Of a DNA stretch of 64,000 bases, positions 15,001 to 29,700 are shown in pieces (within the stretch, counting starts at the first letter, position 1; each line of letters starts with the position of its first letter). Below the pieces are notes generated by a model, which saw only the letters and a program-made list of their open reading frames with translations, did no database searches and was not told the DNA's origin. Origin of the DNA: Eledone cirrhosa (taxonomy: Eukaryota); NCBI GenBank assembly GCA_964016885.1, contig OZ024741.1, forward strand, positions 29,512,001 through 29,576,000, in the 5' to 3' direction. Both the position numbers and the translations under genes were made by a program.

Positions 15001-18000
15001 GTAGGTGACATCAGTAATATAGATTAGTATTGTGTAGGTGACACCAGTACTATAGATTGGTATTGTGTAGGTGACATCAGTACTATAGATTGGTATTGTG
15101 TAGGTGACATCAGTACTATAGATTTGTATCGTGTAGGTGACATCAGTACTATAGATTGGTATTGTGTAGGTGACATCAATATTATAGATTTGTATTGTGT
15201 AGGTGACACCAGTACTATAGATTGGTATTGTGTAGGTGACACCAGTACTATAGATTGGTATTGTGTAGGTGACACCAGTACTATAGATTGGTATTGCGTA
15301 GGTGACATCAATACTATAGATTAGTATTCTGTAGGTGACATCAGTACTATAGATTAGTATTGTGTAGGTGACACCAGTACTATAGATTGGTATTGTGTAG
15401 GTGACACCAGTACTATAGATTAGTATCGTGTAGGTGACACCAGTACTATAGATTGGTATTGTGTAGGTGACACCAGTACTATAGATTAGTATTGTGTAGG
15501 TGACATCAGTTCTATAGATTAGTATTGTGTAGGTGACACCAGTACTATAGATTAGTATTGTGTAGGTGACACCAGTACTATAGATTAGTATTGTGTAGGT
15601 GACACCAGTACTATAGATTGGTATTGTGTAGTTGACACCAGTACTAAAGATTGGTATCGTGTAGGTGACATCAGTACTATAGACTGGTATTGTATAGGTG
15701 ACACCAGTACTATTGATTGGTATTGTGTAGGTGACACCAGTACTAAAGATTTGTATTGTGTAGGTGACATCAGTACTACAGATTGGTATTGTGTAGGTGA
15801 CACCAGTACTATAGATTGGTATTGTGTAGGTGACACCAATACTATAGATTGGTATTGTGTAGGTGACACCAGTACTATAGATTGGTATTCTGTAGGTGAC
15901 ACCAGTACAATAGATTAGTATTGTGTAGGTGACACCAGTACTATACATTGGTATTGTGTAGGTGACACCAGTACTATAGATTGGTATTGTGTAGGTGACA
16001 TCTGTACTATAGATTGGTATTGTATAGGTGACACCAGTACTATAGATTGGTATTGTGTAGGTGACACCAGTACTATAGATTAGTATTGTGTAGGTGACAC
16101 CAGTATTATAGATTTGTATTGTGTAGGTGACATCAGTACTATAGATTGGTATTGTGTAGGTGACATCAGTACTATAGATTAGTATTGTGTAGGTGACATC
16201 AGTACTATAAATTGGTATTGTGTAGGTGACATTAGTACTATAGATTTGTATTGTGTAGGTGACATCAGTACTATAGATTGGTATTGTGTAGGTGACACCA
16301 GTACTATAGATTAGTATTGTGTAGGTGACACCAGTACTATAGATTGGTATTGTGTAGGTGACATCAGTACTATAGATTAGTATTGTGTAGGTGACACCAT
16401 TACTATAGATTAGTATTGCGTAGGTGACATCAGTACTATAGATTGGTATTGTGCAGGTGACATCAGTACTATAGATTAGTATTGTGTAGGTGCCACCAGT
16501 ACTATAGATTAGTATTGTGTAGGTGACATCAGTACTATAGATTGGTATTGTGTAGGTCACACCAGTACTATAGATTAGTATTGTGTAGGTGACACCAGTA
16601 CTATAGATTGGTATTGTGTAGGTGACATCAGTACTATAGATTAGTATTGTGTAGGTGACACCAGTACAATAGATTGGTATTGTGTAGGTGACATCAGTAC
16701 TATAGATTGGTATTGTCTAGTTGACACCAGTACTATAGATTAGTATTGTGTAGGTGACACCATTACTATAGATTAGTATTGTGTAGGTGACACCAGTACT
16801 ATAGATTGGTATTGTGTAGGTGACATCAGTATTATAGATTTGTATTGTGTAGGTGACACCAGTACTATAGATTGGTATTGTGTAGGTGACATCAGTACTA
16901 TAGATTGGTATTGTATAGGTGACACCAGTACTATAGATTGGTATTGTGTAGGTGACATCAGTACTATAGATTAGTATTGTATAGGTGACACCAGTACTAT
17001 AGATTGGTATTGTGTAGGTGACACCAGTACTAAAGATTTGTATTGTGTAGGTGACATCAGTACTATAGATTGGTATTGTGTAGGTGACACCAGTACTATA
17101 GATTGGTATTGTGTAGATGACATCAGTACTATAGATTGGTATTGTATAGGTGACACCAGTACTATAGATTGGTATTGTGTAGGTGACACCAGTACTATAG
17201 ATTAGTATTGTGTAGGTGACACCAGTACTATAGATTTGTATTGTGTAGGTGACATCAGTACTATAGATTGGTATTGTGTAGGTGACATCAGTAATATAGA
17301 TTAGTATTGTGTAGGTGACACCAGTACTATAGATTGGTATTGTGTAGGTGACATCAGTACTATAGATTGGTATTGTGTAGGTGACATCAGTACTATAGAT
17401 TTGTATCGTGTAGGTGACATCAGTACTATAGATTGGTATTGTGTAGGTGACATCAATATTATAGATTTGTATTGTGTAGGTGACACCAGTACTATAGATT
17501 GGTATTGTGTAGGTGACACCAGTACTATAGATTGGTATTGTGTAGGTGACACCAGTACTATAGATTGGTATTGCGTAGGTGACATCAATACTATAGATTA
17601 GTATTCTGTAGGTGACATCAGTACTATAGATTAGTATTGTGTAGGTGACACCAGTACTATAGATTGGTATTGTGTAGGTGACACCAGTACTATAGATTAG
17701 TATCGTGTAGGTGACACCAGTACTATAGATTGGTATTGTGTAGGTGACACCAGTACTATAGATTAGTATTGTGTAGGTGACATCAGTTCTATAGATTAGT
17801 ATTGTGTAGGTGACACCAGTACTATAGATTAGTATTGTGTAGGTGACACCAGTACTATAGATTAGTATTGTGTAGGTGACACCAGTACTATAGATTGGTA
17901 TTGTGTAGTTGACACCAGTACTAAAGATTGGTATCGTGTAGGTGACATCAGTACTATAGACTGGTATTGTATAGGTGACACCAGTACTATTGATTGGTAT

Positions 18001-21000
18001 TGTGTAGGTGACACCAGTACTAAAGATTTGTATTGTGTAGGTGACATCAGTACTACAGATTGGTATTGTGTAGGTGACACCAGTACTATAGATTGGTATT
18101 GTGTAGGTGACACCAATACTATAGATTGGTATTGTGTAGGTGACACCAGTACTATAGATTGGTATTCTGTAGGTGACACCAGTACAATAGATTAGTATTG
18201 TGTAGGTGACACCAGTACTATACATTGGTATTGTGTAGGTGACACCAGTACTATAGATTGGTATTGTGTAGGTGACATCTGTACTATAGATTGGTATTGT
18301 ATAGGTGACACCAGTACTATAGATTGGTATTGTGTAGGTGACACCAGTACTATAGATTAGTATTGTGTAGGTGACACCAGTATTATAGATTTGTATTGTG
18401 TAGGTGACATCAGTACTATAGATTGGTATTGTGTAGGTGACATCAGTACTATAGATTAGTATTGTGTAGGTGACATCAGTACTATAAATTGGTATTGTGT
18501 AGGTGACATTAGTACTATAGATTTGTATTGTGTAGGTGACATCAGTACTATAGATTGGTATTGTGTAGGTGACACCAGTACTATAGATTAGTATTGTGTA
18601 GGTGACACCAGTACTATAGATTGGTATTGTGTAGGTGACATCAGTACTATAGATTAGTATTGTGTAGGTGACACCATTACTATAGATTAGTATTGCGTAG
18701 GTGACATCAGTACTATAGATTGGTATTGTGCAGGTGACATCAGTACTATAGATTAGTATTGTGTAGGTGCCACCAGTACTATAGATTAGTATTGTGTAGG
18801 TGACATCAGTACTATAGATTGGTATTGTGTAGGTCACACCAGTACTATAGATTAGTATTGTGTAGGTGACACCAGTACTATAGATTGGTATTGTGTAGGT
18901 GACATCAGTACTATAGATTAGTATTGTGTAGGTGACACCAGTACAATAGATTGGTATTGTGTAGGTGACATCAGTACTATAGATTGGTATTGTCTAGTTG
19001 ACACCAGTACTATAGATTAGTATTGTGTAGGTGACATTAGTACTATAGATTGGTATTGTATAGGTGACACCAGTACTATAGATTGGTATTGTGTAGGTGA
19101 CACCAGTACTATAGATTGGTATTGTGTAGGTGACACCAGTACTATAGATTGGTATTGTGTAGGTGACATCAGTACTATAGATTGGTATTGTGTAGGTGAC
19201 ACCAGTACTATAGATTAGTATTGTGTAGGTGACATCAGTACTATAGATTGTTATTGTATAGGTGACACCAGTACTATAGATTGGTATTGTTTAGGTGACA
19301 CCATTACTATAGATTGGTATTGTGTAGGTGACATCAGTACTATAGATTTGTATTGTGTAGGTGACATCAGTACTATAGATTGGTAATGTGTAGGTGACAC
19401 CAGTACTATAGATTGGTATTGTGTAGGTGACATCAGTACTATAGATTGGTATTGTGTAGATGACACCAGTACTATAGATTAGTATTGTGTAGGTGACACC
19501 AGTACTATAGATTGGTATTGTGTAGGTGACATCAGTACTATAGATTGGTATTGTGTAGGTGACACCAGTACTATAGATTAGTATTGTGTAGGTGACATCA
19601 GTACTATAGAATGGTATTGTATAGGTGACACCAGTACTATAGATTGGTATCGTGTAAGTGACATGAGTACTATAGATTGGTATTTTGTAGGTGACACCAG
19701 TACTATAGATTGGTATTGTGTAGGTGACACCAGTACTATAGATTGGTATTGTGTAGGTGACATCAGTACTATAGATTAGTATTGTGTAGGTGACACCAGT
19801 ACTATAGATTGGTATTGTGTAGATGACACCAGTACTATAGATTGGTATTGTGTAGGTGACATCAGTACTATAGATTGGTATTGTGTAGGTGACACCAGTA
19901 CTATAGATTGGTATTGTGTAGGTGACATCAGTACTATAGATTGGTATTGTGTAGGTGACACCAGTACTATAGATTGGTATTGTGTAGGTGACATCAGTAC
20001 TATAGATTAGTATTGTGTAGGTGACACCAGTACTATAGATTGGTATTGTGTAGATGACACCAGTACTATAGATTGGTATTGTGTAGGTGACATCAGTACT
20101 ATAGATTGGTATTGTGTAGGTGACACCAGTACTATAGATTGGTATTGTGTAGGTGACATCAGTACTATAGATTGGTATTGTGTAGGTGACACCAGTACTA
20201 TAGATTGGTATTGTGTAGGTGACATCAGTACTATAGATTGGTATTGTGTAGGTGACACCAGTACTATAGATTGGTATTGTGTAGGTGACACCAGTACTAT
20301 AGATTGGTATTGTGTAGGTGACATCAGTACTATAGATTGGTATTGTGTAGGTGACACCAGTACTATAGATTAGTATTGTGTATGTGGCATCAGTACTATA
20401 GATTAGTATTGTGTAGGTGACATCAGTACTATAGATTAGTATTGTCTAGGTGACACCTGTACTATAGATTTGTATTTTGTAGGTGACATCAATACTATAG
20501 ATTGGTATTCTGTAGGTGACACCAGTACTATAGATTGGTATTGTGTAGGTGACACCAGTACTATAGATTGGTATTGTGTAGGTGACATCAGTACTATAGA
20601 TTGGTATTGTATAGGTGACACCAGTACTATAGATTGGTATCGTGTAAGTGACATGAGTACTATAGACTGGTATTGTGTAGGTGACACCAGTACTATAGAT
20701 TGGTATTGTGTAGGTGACACCAGTACTATAGATTGGTATTGTGTAGGTGACATCAGTACTATAAATTGGTATTGTGTAGGTGACATCAGTACTATAGATT
20801 GGTATTGTGTAGGTGACATCAGTACTATAGATTGGTATTGTGTCGATGACATCAGTACTATAGATTGGTATTGTGTAGGTGACATCAGTACTATAGATTG
20901 GTATTGTGTAGGTGACATCAGTACTATAGATTGGTATTGTGTAGGTGACATCAGTACTATAGATTGGTATTGTGTAGGTGACACCAGTACTGTAGATTGG

Positions 21001-22925
21001 TATTGTGTAGGTGACACCGTACTATAGATTGGTATTGTGTAGGTGACATCAGTACTATAGATTGGTATTGTGTAGGTGACACCAGTACTATAGATTAGTA
21101 TTGTGTAGGTGGCATCAGTACTATAGATTAGTATTGTGTAGGTGACATCAGTACTATAGATTAGTATTGTGTAGGTGACACCAGTACCATAGATTAGTAT
21201 TTTGTAGGTGACATCAATACTATAGATTGGTATTGTGTAGGTGACACCAGTACTATAGATTGGTATTGTGTAGGTGACACCAGTACTATAGATTAGTATT
21301 GTGTAGGTGACATCAGTACTATAGATTGGTATTGTGTAGGTGACACCAGTCCTATAGATTGGTATTGTGTAGGTGACATCAGTACTATAGATTGGTATTG
21401 TGTAGGTGACACCAGTACTATAGATTAGTATTGTGTAGGTGACACCAGTACTATAGATTGGTATTGTGTAGGTGATATTAGTAATATAGATTGGTATTGT
21501 GTAGGTGACACCAGTACTATAGATTGGTATTGTGTAGGTGACATCAGTACTATAGATTGGTATTGCGTAGGTGAGAGCAGTACTATAGATTGGTATTGTG
21601 TAGGTGACATCAGTACTATAGATTGGTATTGCGTAGGTGACACCAGTACTATAGATTGGTATTGTGTAGGTGACATCAGTACTATAGATTGGTATTGTGT
21701 AGGTGACATCAGTACTATAGATTGGTATTGTGTAGGTGACACCAGTACTATAGATTGGTATTGTGTAGGTGACACCAGTACTATAGATTGGTATTGTGTA
21801 GGTGACATCAGTACAATAGATTCGTATTGTGTAGGTGACATCAGTAATATAGATTGGTATTGTGTAGGTGACATCAGTACTATAGATTGCTATTGTGTAG
21901 GTGACACCAGTACTATAGATTGGTATTGTGTAGGTGACATCAGTACTATAGATTGGTATTGTGTAGGTGACACCAGTACTATAGATTGGTATTGTGTAGG
22001 TGACCTCAGTACTATAGATTGGTATTGTGTAGGTGACACCAGTACTATAGATTGGTATTGTGTAGGTAACATCAGTACTATAGATTGGTATTGTGTAGGT
22101 GACACCAGTACTATAGATTAGTATTGTGTAGGTGACACCAGTACTATAGATTGGTATTGTGTAGGTGACATCAGTAATATAGATTGGTATTGTGTAGGTG
22201 ACACCAGTACTATAGATTGGTATTGTGTAGGTGACACCAGTACTATAGATTGGTATTGTGTAGGTGACACCAGTACTATAGATTGGTATTGTGTAGGTGA
22301 CATCAGTACAATAGATTCGTATTGTGTAGGTGACATCAGTACTATAGATTGGTATTGTGTAGGTGACACCAGTACTATAGATTGGTATTGTGTAGGTGAC
22401 ATCAGTACTATAGATTGGTATTGTGTAGGTGACACCAGTACTATAGATTGGTATTGTGTAGGTGACATCAGTACTATAGATTGGTATTGTGTAGGTGACA
22501 CCAGTACTATAGATTGGTATTGTGTAGGTGACACCAGTACTATAGATTGGTATTGTGTAGGTGACATCAGTACAATAGATTCGTATTGTGTAGGTGACAT
22601 CAGTACTATAGATTGGTATTGTGTAGGTGACACCAGTACTATAGATTGGTATTGTGTAGGTGACATCAGTACTATAGATTGGTATTGTGTAGGTGACACC
22701 AGTACTATAGATTGGTATTGTGTAGGTGACACCAGTACTATAGATTGGTATTGTGTAGGTGACATCAGTACAATAGATTCGTATTGTGTAGGTGACATCA
22801 GTACTATAGATTGGTATTGTGTAGGTGACACCAGTACTATAGATTGGTATTGTGTAGGTGACACCAGTACTATAGATTGGTATTGTGTAGGTCACATCAG
22901 TACTATAGATTGGTATTGTGTAGAC
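1..22925. repeat. 33-bp tandem satellite array, consensus ACTATAGATT(G/A/T)GTATTGTGTAGGTGACA(C/T)CAGT, ~695 monomers, continuing beyond the left window edge
   Basis: Directly visible 33-bp periodicity. The ORF track shows 11-aa repeats (TYTIPIYSTGV / SPTQYQSIVLV / DWYCVGDTSTI). The array stops abruptly at ~22925. Confidence 0.99.
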
Positions 22926-23781
22926 GATCTATAGTAAACAGATTTATATTTCGCCAACTTTTCAATTGTTTGGTGTAATGTTGATCTTCGTGGTAAAAGA
23001 CATGATATCACAATGTTTTTCTTGTACGACTGTATCTCACCCTTATACTCTGCCTCCTTGTGTACGTAGAGAACATATTTTGAACCGATTTTGATGGAGT
23101 GTTTTACTATATAACATTCTTACACTAAACTTTTTAAAATCGGCTGCTAGTTGATTTTGAGGGGCAGCGTAATATTCTCTTGAATAGCGGTACATGCCAG
23201 TGACACAACGGGGGTCGTACATTTAATTAGAATCAACATTATACAGTTGAAGTTACCTGTTTTAATCCAGATGAGTTTAGCTCATGAGGAGCAATTTTTG
23301 TTTTCTCAGTGTGAAACCTGGGTCGAAACGGGAGCATGTAGCCGGTGGACAATAGTATATGTAACGACATTTTAAAAAATTATTTTTATTCACAGTTGTA
23401 TAAATAACATTACAAATATTGATGGAAATATGAGGAAAAAAAAAGGATAAAAACAAAATTAAGTAATGCACTGAGGGGGAAGGGGTAAAGAAGGGTAGAT
23501 CTGGTTGTATAGGTAAGTAGCTTGCTGAAGTATGTTCAGTATCTCTGTGGCCCAATTTTTAAGTTTAACGCAAAATTTCACGTTGGTTCTTTGTTCCATG
23601 ATGTAATCGCAGATTTGGACACGGGTGTGATCAGAAAAAACACCAATTTAACAACTCACAATGTAAACACAACAATGTTACTTGGTACACTGACTTATGA
23701 CAGTTTCAGATAACTATCCCTGCGCGCGCAACCCTGTGCTACAAATCTCTTGGCGCGCTACAGAGCCAGTCCGGAAACATT

Positions 23782-23893
23782 TTGATAATACCTCGTTTTG
23801 ATAACACCTCGTATTGATAACACCTCGTGTTGATAACATCTCATGTTGATAACATCTCGTATTGATAACACCTCGTATTGATAACACTTCGTA
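23782..23893. repeat. 17-bp minisatellite (TTGATAACACCTCGTAT-like, ~6.5 copies)
   Basis: Tandem copies of ttgataacacctcgt with small variants. Confidence 0.9.
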
Positions 23894-24729
23894 CCTCTTT
23901 TACGTGAAGTTTATTTATAAAACTGAAGTTCTGTGGTGTTACTTGTAAGAAAAAAGATATAGTAGGGACTACTTTATGTCTGTTATTTTTAAGATAGTCT
24001 TTAGATGATTGGGGTAGGATTGTTGTGATTGCACATCTGTGTTTATAGAATAGAGATGTTAAGGGAATGAGGATGTGTATTGGATTTGATGGGATGTTGG
24101 AAGGATATGTAGATGCACGTTAAACAATATTGTGAGACAACCTTTTTTAAAACTTACTATTTCTAAGCTCTAGAAGCGGTGTTCTTGTAAATCATAACGA
24201 CTTGTTGACCTGTCATGTTTTGCGGGCTCTAGAAATCTTGTCTCCCATTTACTAGATCCTGTATATTTGACATTGTTATAACGAGTATTAGATGCTGGTG
24301 AGTGCAAGTATCTCATAGCCGGTTTAGGTGAATAGATATGATTTTTCTAAGGCCTTAAGCGTTTGAAATTTTAGATTTCCCTATTACTTTTTGAGCCTCT
24401 TATGAAACCAATGGTTTCCAATAAAGGACTATATTAAAGGTGCTTAAATGTTGGTTCCTGATTCCTTGTGATAATGAATAAATGTCTCTAAAAGGCATTT
24501 GCTTCCAAAGTATTTTGGTCTGTGTTTGGTATTATTCTATTTTTTATCTATATCTCGTATTCCAAATAATTTTCTTTTCTTCAAAGTTAACATGCTCATA
24601 GTTCTAAGTCGAATTTCTTCTCAATTCTAGTAGTAAATCCGTGTAGTTGTTGCATTACAACTCAAATCTATGCATATAGAAGAGCTGGCTGATTGGACTT
24701 CCATAATATTTGTATATGAATGCAGTATC

Positions 24730-24950
24730 GTTTAACATGATCGACTAAGATACGATGTACGCTCATTTGTCCTAGAGACATTTATTTAACTCGGATCAAC
24801 AGAAAGCTCTAGTCCCCCTCAAAGTAGGATCCTCCAACTGTAATGCACTTGTAGTACTCCAGCCATGCCTGGACGGCCCGTTTGTAGTCCTCCAAAGTTA
24901 AGGTGTCCAGATCGCTTGTCACAGCCTCCTTCATCTCCTCCACATCCTCC
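24730..24950 (-). mobile_element. mariner-family DNA transposon 3' fragment
   Basis: Minus strand reads EEMKEAVTSDLDTLTLEDYKRAVQAWLEYYKCITVGGSYFEGD*, typical of a mariner transposase C-terminus (KC..GxYFE). Confidence 0.7.
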
Positions 24951-26139
24951 GATAAAACACGTTCATAGAACGCTTTATTCTTCTAATTCATGTATCTAAT
25001 GCTGGGCCACCACCATCAGATGGAGGAAATGTAAAGTTTACTTCTGCGGAATTAGAACACAATGTGTATAAAGCCGGAATACTGCCTAGCATTTTGTCCA
25101 ACACTAACGATTATACCAATTCAACAACCCGACATTCTCTCAACCTCAAAACTTTATTTTACAGAGTTTAGAAGGATAAAATTAAAAGGTGAGCTCAAAG
25201 GGATCTTAGATGAAATTGTAAAGACCCAGATACATGCTGCAGTCAATATTTTCTTAGATGTTCTAATGAGGCTGTAAATCCATCACATTTCTTGTTTATA
25301 TCTGTGGAATTGTTTGCCACCTGCCCATAATATCATCAATATACCTACATATATTTAGTAACACCTGACTCGTGGTTAATATTTCTTCCATGGTTTACAT
25401 GTGGGATCACACTCAAATACATTCTGATAGTCAATCTATGCTTCTTTCAGAATGTTATTTTTGCTTAGGAATTTATCTAAGTCTGTTAAATATTTTAACC
25501 AGAATTGTCATATTCTATTATTTCCTGGTGTCTCGTTGCTATTCTTACTCACGTCTGAGTTACTTCTTGGAATTATATAACCTCCTACGTTCAGATGATG
25601 TGAGTGTTACGTTTTAATAAATCTTGTTAGGTGCTGACTCCTTAGGTGTCTATATAGCAACCACTACACAATTATTCTATTTATGATGTTATACTCGTGC
25701 ATTGATTTCTATTTTATGTTTTACCTACTTCTTAATAAAATCGTTTTAGATTGAAAAAGAAGAAAGAAACCCAAAACATTTCGACTCAAAAATATCGTTG
25801 TCGCGATTTAGCAAAGAGCAGTTTTTTAGGCTTCCTCTTTAAATTTCTAGTTCTTTCTTTTTTATGTTTTGGTATATTTCTGGTGTATTTTCATCTCGGT
25901 TTCTTTATTAGATTTCCAATGTGTCTGTCTTCATTGATTTCATTCAGGTTTGAGAAATGTTTTCTTTACCATTATCGTTTCCTCTGTTTTTCCTTCGGTT
26001 GTTTGATATTTTTTTAAATATATGTTTTTTGAGTTTTTCTGAGATAGTGGCTGGCCATTTGCTGTGTATCTACTCTGGCTTTTGGATATAATGTTACATT
26101 AAAACTGCTGATGTTAAATCTATTTTAATTCTTTAAGTA

Positions 26140-26555
26140 TTTCTCACGAATACAAGCGACCAAAATGGAGTTCTTACCAAGGATCTTTGGAGTAACATTA
26201 CTAGAGTGCGTAGCTCAGAGAACAGAGAGTCGCTCAAGGATAGAACCACTAATTCTCCGAATTGAGATGTTAGCTTTGATACTATGGGCATATGGTTATA
26301 ATATCTCAGGAAAGAATCGCTGGACAGACTTTGCGGCAAAACTAATAGGCAGGAGACCTAGGGGTAAACTTCGAGCAAGATAGTTGGGTAACATTCACGA
26401 GCTTTGCTGGTCTTGCTTGGGAATCCAGCCGGATCAGTTGGAGATTGTTGCTTCTGACAGGACACGCTGGAAGGAGTGTTTGAGGACTCTTCCCCCATGG
26501 ACCTCTCAGGAATAAGTAAATAAATAATAATAATAATAATAGTAATAATAATAAT
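26140..26555 (+). mobile_element. RTE-like LINE 3' fragment ending in a (TAA)n tail
   Basis: Degenerate RT C-terminal signature (MEFLPRIFGVTL...W.GH-like...GRRPRG...DRTRW) followed by a TAA tract. Confidence 0.55.
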
Positions 26556-26737
26556 GATTTCTTTATTAACCACAAGGGTTTACATAAAGTAGACATTAAG
26601 GACAGTGCAGGACAATACAGGACGGTACAAATGGGCATTTCTGCGTGTAAAAAACAAAAACAGAGGAAGTAACAAAAAAAATAACAATGAAAAATTCCCC
26701 ATGTAAAATTCCCCTCTCCCAGTTTTCCACCTTTAAT

Positions 26738-29700
26738 TTACAGATATATACTCAGAGTAGGCCCATTCACTCGGGCCATTCTTGCTTCTCTCACCCATCT
26801 TTCAACAAAATGCTGGGAAGAGAGCACTTCCCTCTCTACTCTGATTTTCCTTTTCAAATGAAATTTGAAAAAGTCAATCAGGGCATCACCGAAGAGGTAA
26901 GTGCTCGTCTTCAGCCCTTTCAAACGTGTCCACCATACTATCCCTTTCGCCATGGCCACCAGACAGATAAAAACTGCCTGCCCTTCCCGGCTAAAGGAGG
27001 AGGGCGGGGCAATCCTCACGATGGACTCAGATGATAGCCGCATCCGTCCTACACGCGACAGCAGGTGTTCGACATAAACCCACAAGTCAGCAATTTTCGG
27101 ACACTGGACGAGTGCGTGCAGGACGGGTTCGTCGCCCTGCGCGCATCTTGGACATGCCCGGCTGACGGCACCTCCATTCCTGTAGAGTTTATCCCGAACT
27201 GGCAAGGCTCCTCGGTAGCACTGCCAGGCCAGAGATTTCTGGAAGATGTCCATAGGCCCCAGCCCGAAAGTTCTTCCGAAGAGATTGGCTAGTTGATTTT
27301 CGTCGACGCCTAGAGTTTCCCCAAGTACGTTGTCGCTCTTCCCATCCACTAATCCTCTATAGAACGCCGAGGTGGAGTTTCCACCGATCACATTGCCCGA
27401 TTGGTCGAGGGCTGTGAGCGCCTGAAGACATTTCAGTCTCCAGGCGCTGCCTCTCGGTTTTCGCTTGGCCCAGGACTGCAGCTCCGTCAAGGAAACGAGC
27501 TGGGGAAATACGTGTCTAGCAAACGGCGACCACACCTGATCACCGTCGAGGAAGAGGTGGAGATGTCGTAGCCTGAGCGCGTGCCTGCGCATCATCAGCC
27601 ACGGCATGCCCAGCCCTCCACGTAGCGGGTGTTGACAACAGATGGACCGCCTGACCATCGGAGCGCGTCCCTTCCACAAAAAGCGAAAGAGCAAACGCTC
27701 CAGCGCAGTCAGGCGAGGCTTAGGACAAGGTACGACGGTCAGGCGGTAGCAGATGACAGACGCGATGTACGCGTTAGCCACCTCTGATCGACCTTTCAGG
27801 GATAGCTTCTTCTCCGCCCATTTCTGGGTGAGAGAAGCCACCCTGCTCGTCACCTCGTCCCAGTTTTTGTCCATCTGGAGGTCCGGACCGAAACAGACCC
27901 CTAGCAATTTAACCGGTCCGTCCGCCAAGCGTCCGACGACGCTGTTGGACGGCATGGACTTGCCTCTCCAGGTGCCGAGCTGCAGACCCACGGAATTTTC
28001 CTGGTTGATCATTGCTCCTGTCACCGCTTCGTATTCTCTTAGTGTAGTGCTGATCGCCTCGATGTGTTTGGCGTTCGACACCACTACGGTGACATCGTCC
28101 GCATATGCTGACACGGATCTTCTGCATCCTAGTTCGCGCGGGACACCCCTAAACGTCTCCAGTTTGTGCAGTAATGGCTCGAGAGTCAATACGTACAAGA
28201 GGGACGAGAGGGGACATCCTTGGCGGACCGAGGGCATGATGTTGAACGGTTCCGAAAGGTGACCGTTCACTCTCACCACAGAGCAGATGTCGCTGTGCAT
28301 GGCAGCGATCCAGCCTCTGAAGACAGGCCCAAAGCCAGCCACCCTCAGGACTGCCGCCAGATAACGATGGTCGACCCTATGGAAAGCTTTCGACTGATCT
28401 AAATTGATCAAAGACCCACCCGTGCCAGGTTCCCTAGCTACCCTCTCTACGATGTATCGCATGAGGTGGAGGTTGTCGTCGATGGATATGTCGGGAATGG
28501 CGCATGTCTGCGCCTCTCCCACCAGACCACCAACGACAAGCGCCAACCTCTTTGCTAGCACCTTGGCCAAAATCTTGAACTCTGTGTTTAGCAGAGTTAT
28601 GGGCCTGAAATTATCTATGTTATCCCCCTTGTTCGGATCCTTTCTCAGCAGTGCCACCGCTCCTCGGCTCTCAGAGCTGGGAATTCTCCCGTTCTGTTGC
28701 CAGTTGCAGTAGACGTCCACCAAGAGGCCTCCGAACAAGTCTGGCATCTGTACGTAAAGTTCATAGGGCAGACCATCCAAACCAGGCGATTTACCCCTTG
28801 TGCAGCCAGTCATTGCCTCCCGTACGTCAGCGGCTGTTATCGGCTTTTCGCAACACTCCGCCTCAGTGGCCGAGAGCCGCGGCAGTCCAACGAGGTAGAC
28901 ACTAAAGTTCATCCCTCGACCCGACCCGCCGCTGCCCCCGAACAGCTGAGCGAAGTGTCGCTGAAAAGCTTCACAGATTTTCCCGGGATCGAGTAGCATG
29001 CGCCCGTCGTGGTCCACTAAAGACCGGATCGTGGCTTTGTTGCCACGACGCGCCTCCGCCACTCGGGCCCATTGAACGGCTTTCGTCCCATCGTGTCTGA
29101 GAGCACGCACCCTAGCTCTGACAACGCAGCCTTCGTGCTTTGCATTGAAGAATTGGTCAAGGGCCAATTTCGCCGCAAGCACGTCGGTCGCGATGCCTTT
29201 GCTAAGTGCCTAGTCTAATTTTCTAACTAGTTCTCCCTCTGCTCTATTTTTCTCTATTGCTAAAGCCTTACTAAACCTAATGGATTCTATTCTAATTGCT
29301 CTTTTCAGAGCAAACCACCACTTGTTGTTGACGATGGCATCCGTCAACGCCCGCTTAATTAGTTCTCTAATCCGGTCTCTGTACGCCTTGCGCGCTGGTA
29401 AGGACGCGTTTAGCTTCCAGTAGCCGGGTCCTCGTCTATGAAGCCTATCTAAGTCAAGCACACAGATGACGAATTTGTGGTCGGTGTAGCTGACTATCTT
29501 GAATTGTGGACAGCCTATGCTAGACCTATCTATTTCCTTACAAAATACTCTATCTAGATATGATCTGGATGACTCTATGCGATTTGTCCAAGTCCACATT
29601 GGCACATTCGGGAAATCCAATCGGTACCTGTCAGACAGTTCAAAACGCTTGAGCAGGTTGGTGAGGCTCTTGCACCCTCCACCCCTATCCGCTAATCCCA

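Noticed and set aside
268-22895. Long 11-aa-repeat ORFs (TYTIPIYSTGV)n, superficially like TxT beta-solenoid or ice-binding proteins
   Set aside because: The 33-bp consensus is simply stop-free in that frame. Common variants are mostly non-synonymous (G/D, P/L/Q), stops and a frameshift occur, the listed starts are mostly non-ATG, and there is no unique N- or C-terminal domain.
1-22925. CRISPR-like array (33-bp repeat)
   Set aside because: Monomers are contiguous with no unique spacers, there are no cas genes, and the context is eukaryotic
1-22925. Resemblance of the monomer (TAGGTGACAC...CTATAGA) to the SP6 promoter or vector sequence
   Set aside because: Interrupted by 5 extra bases, naturally diverged, and joined to genomic sequence; coincidence
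22927-24620. Possible Helitron-like or old LINE remnants flanking the satellite
   Set aside because: Only short suggestive motifs (e.g. gaaccgattttgatg); I could not recover termini or protein motifs
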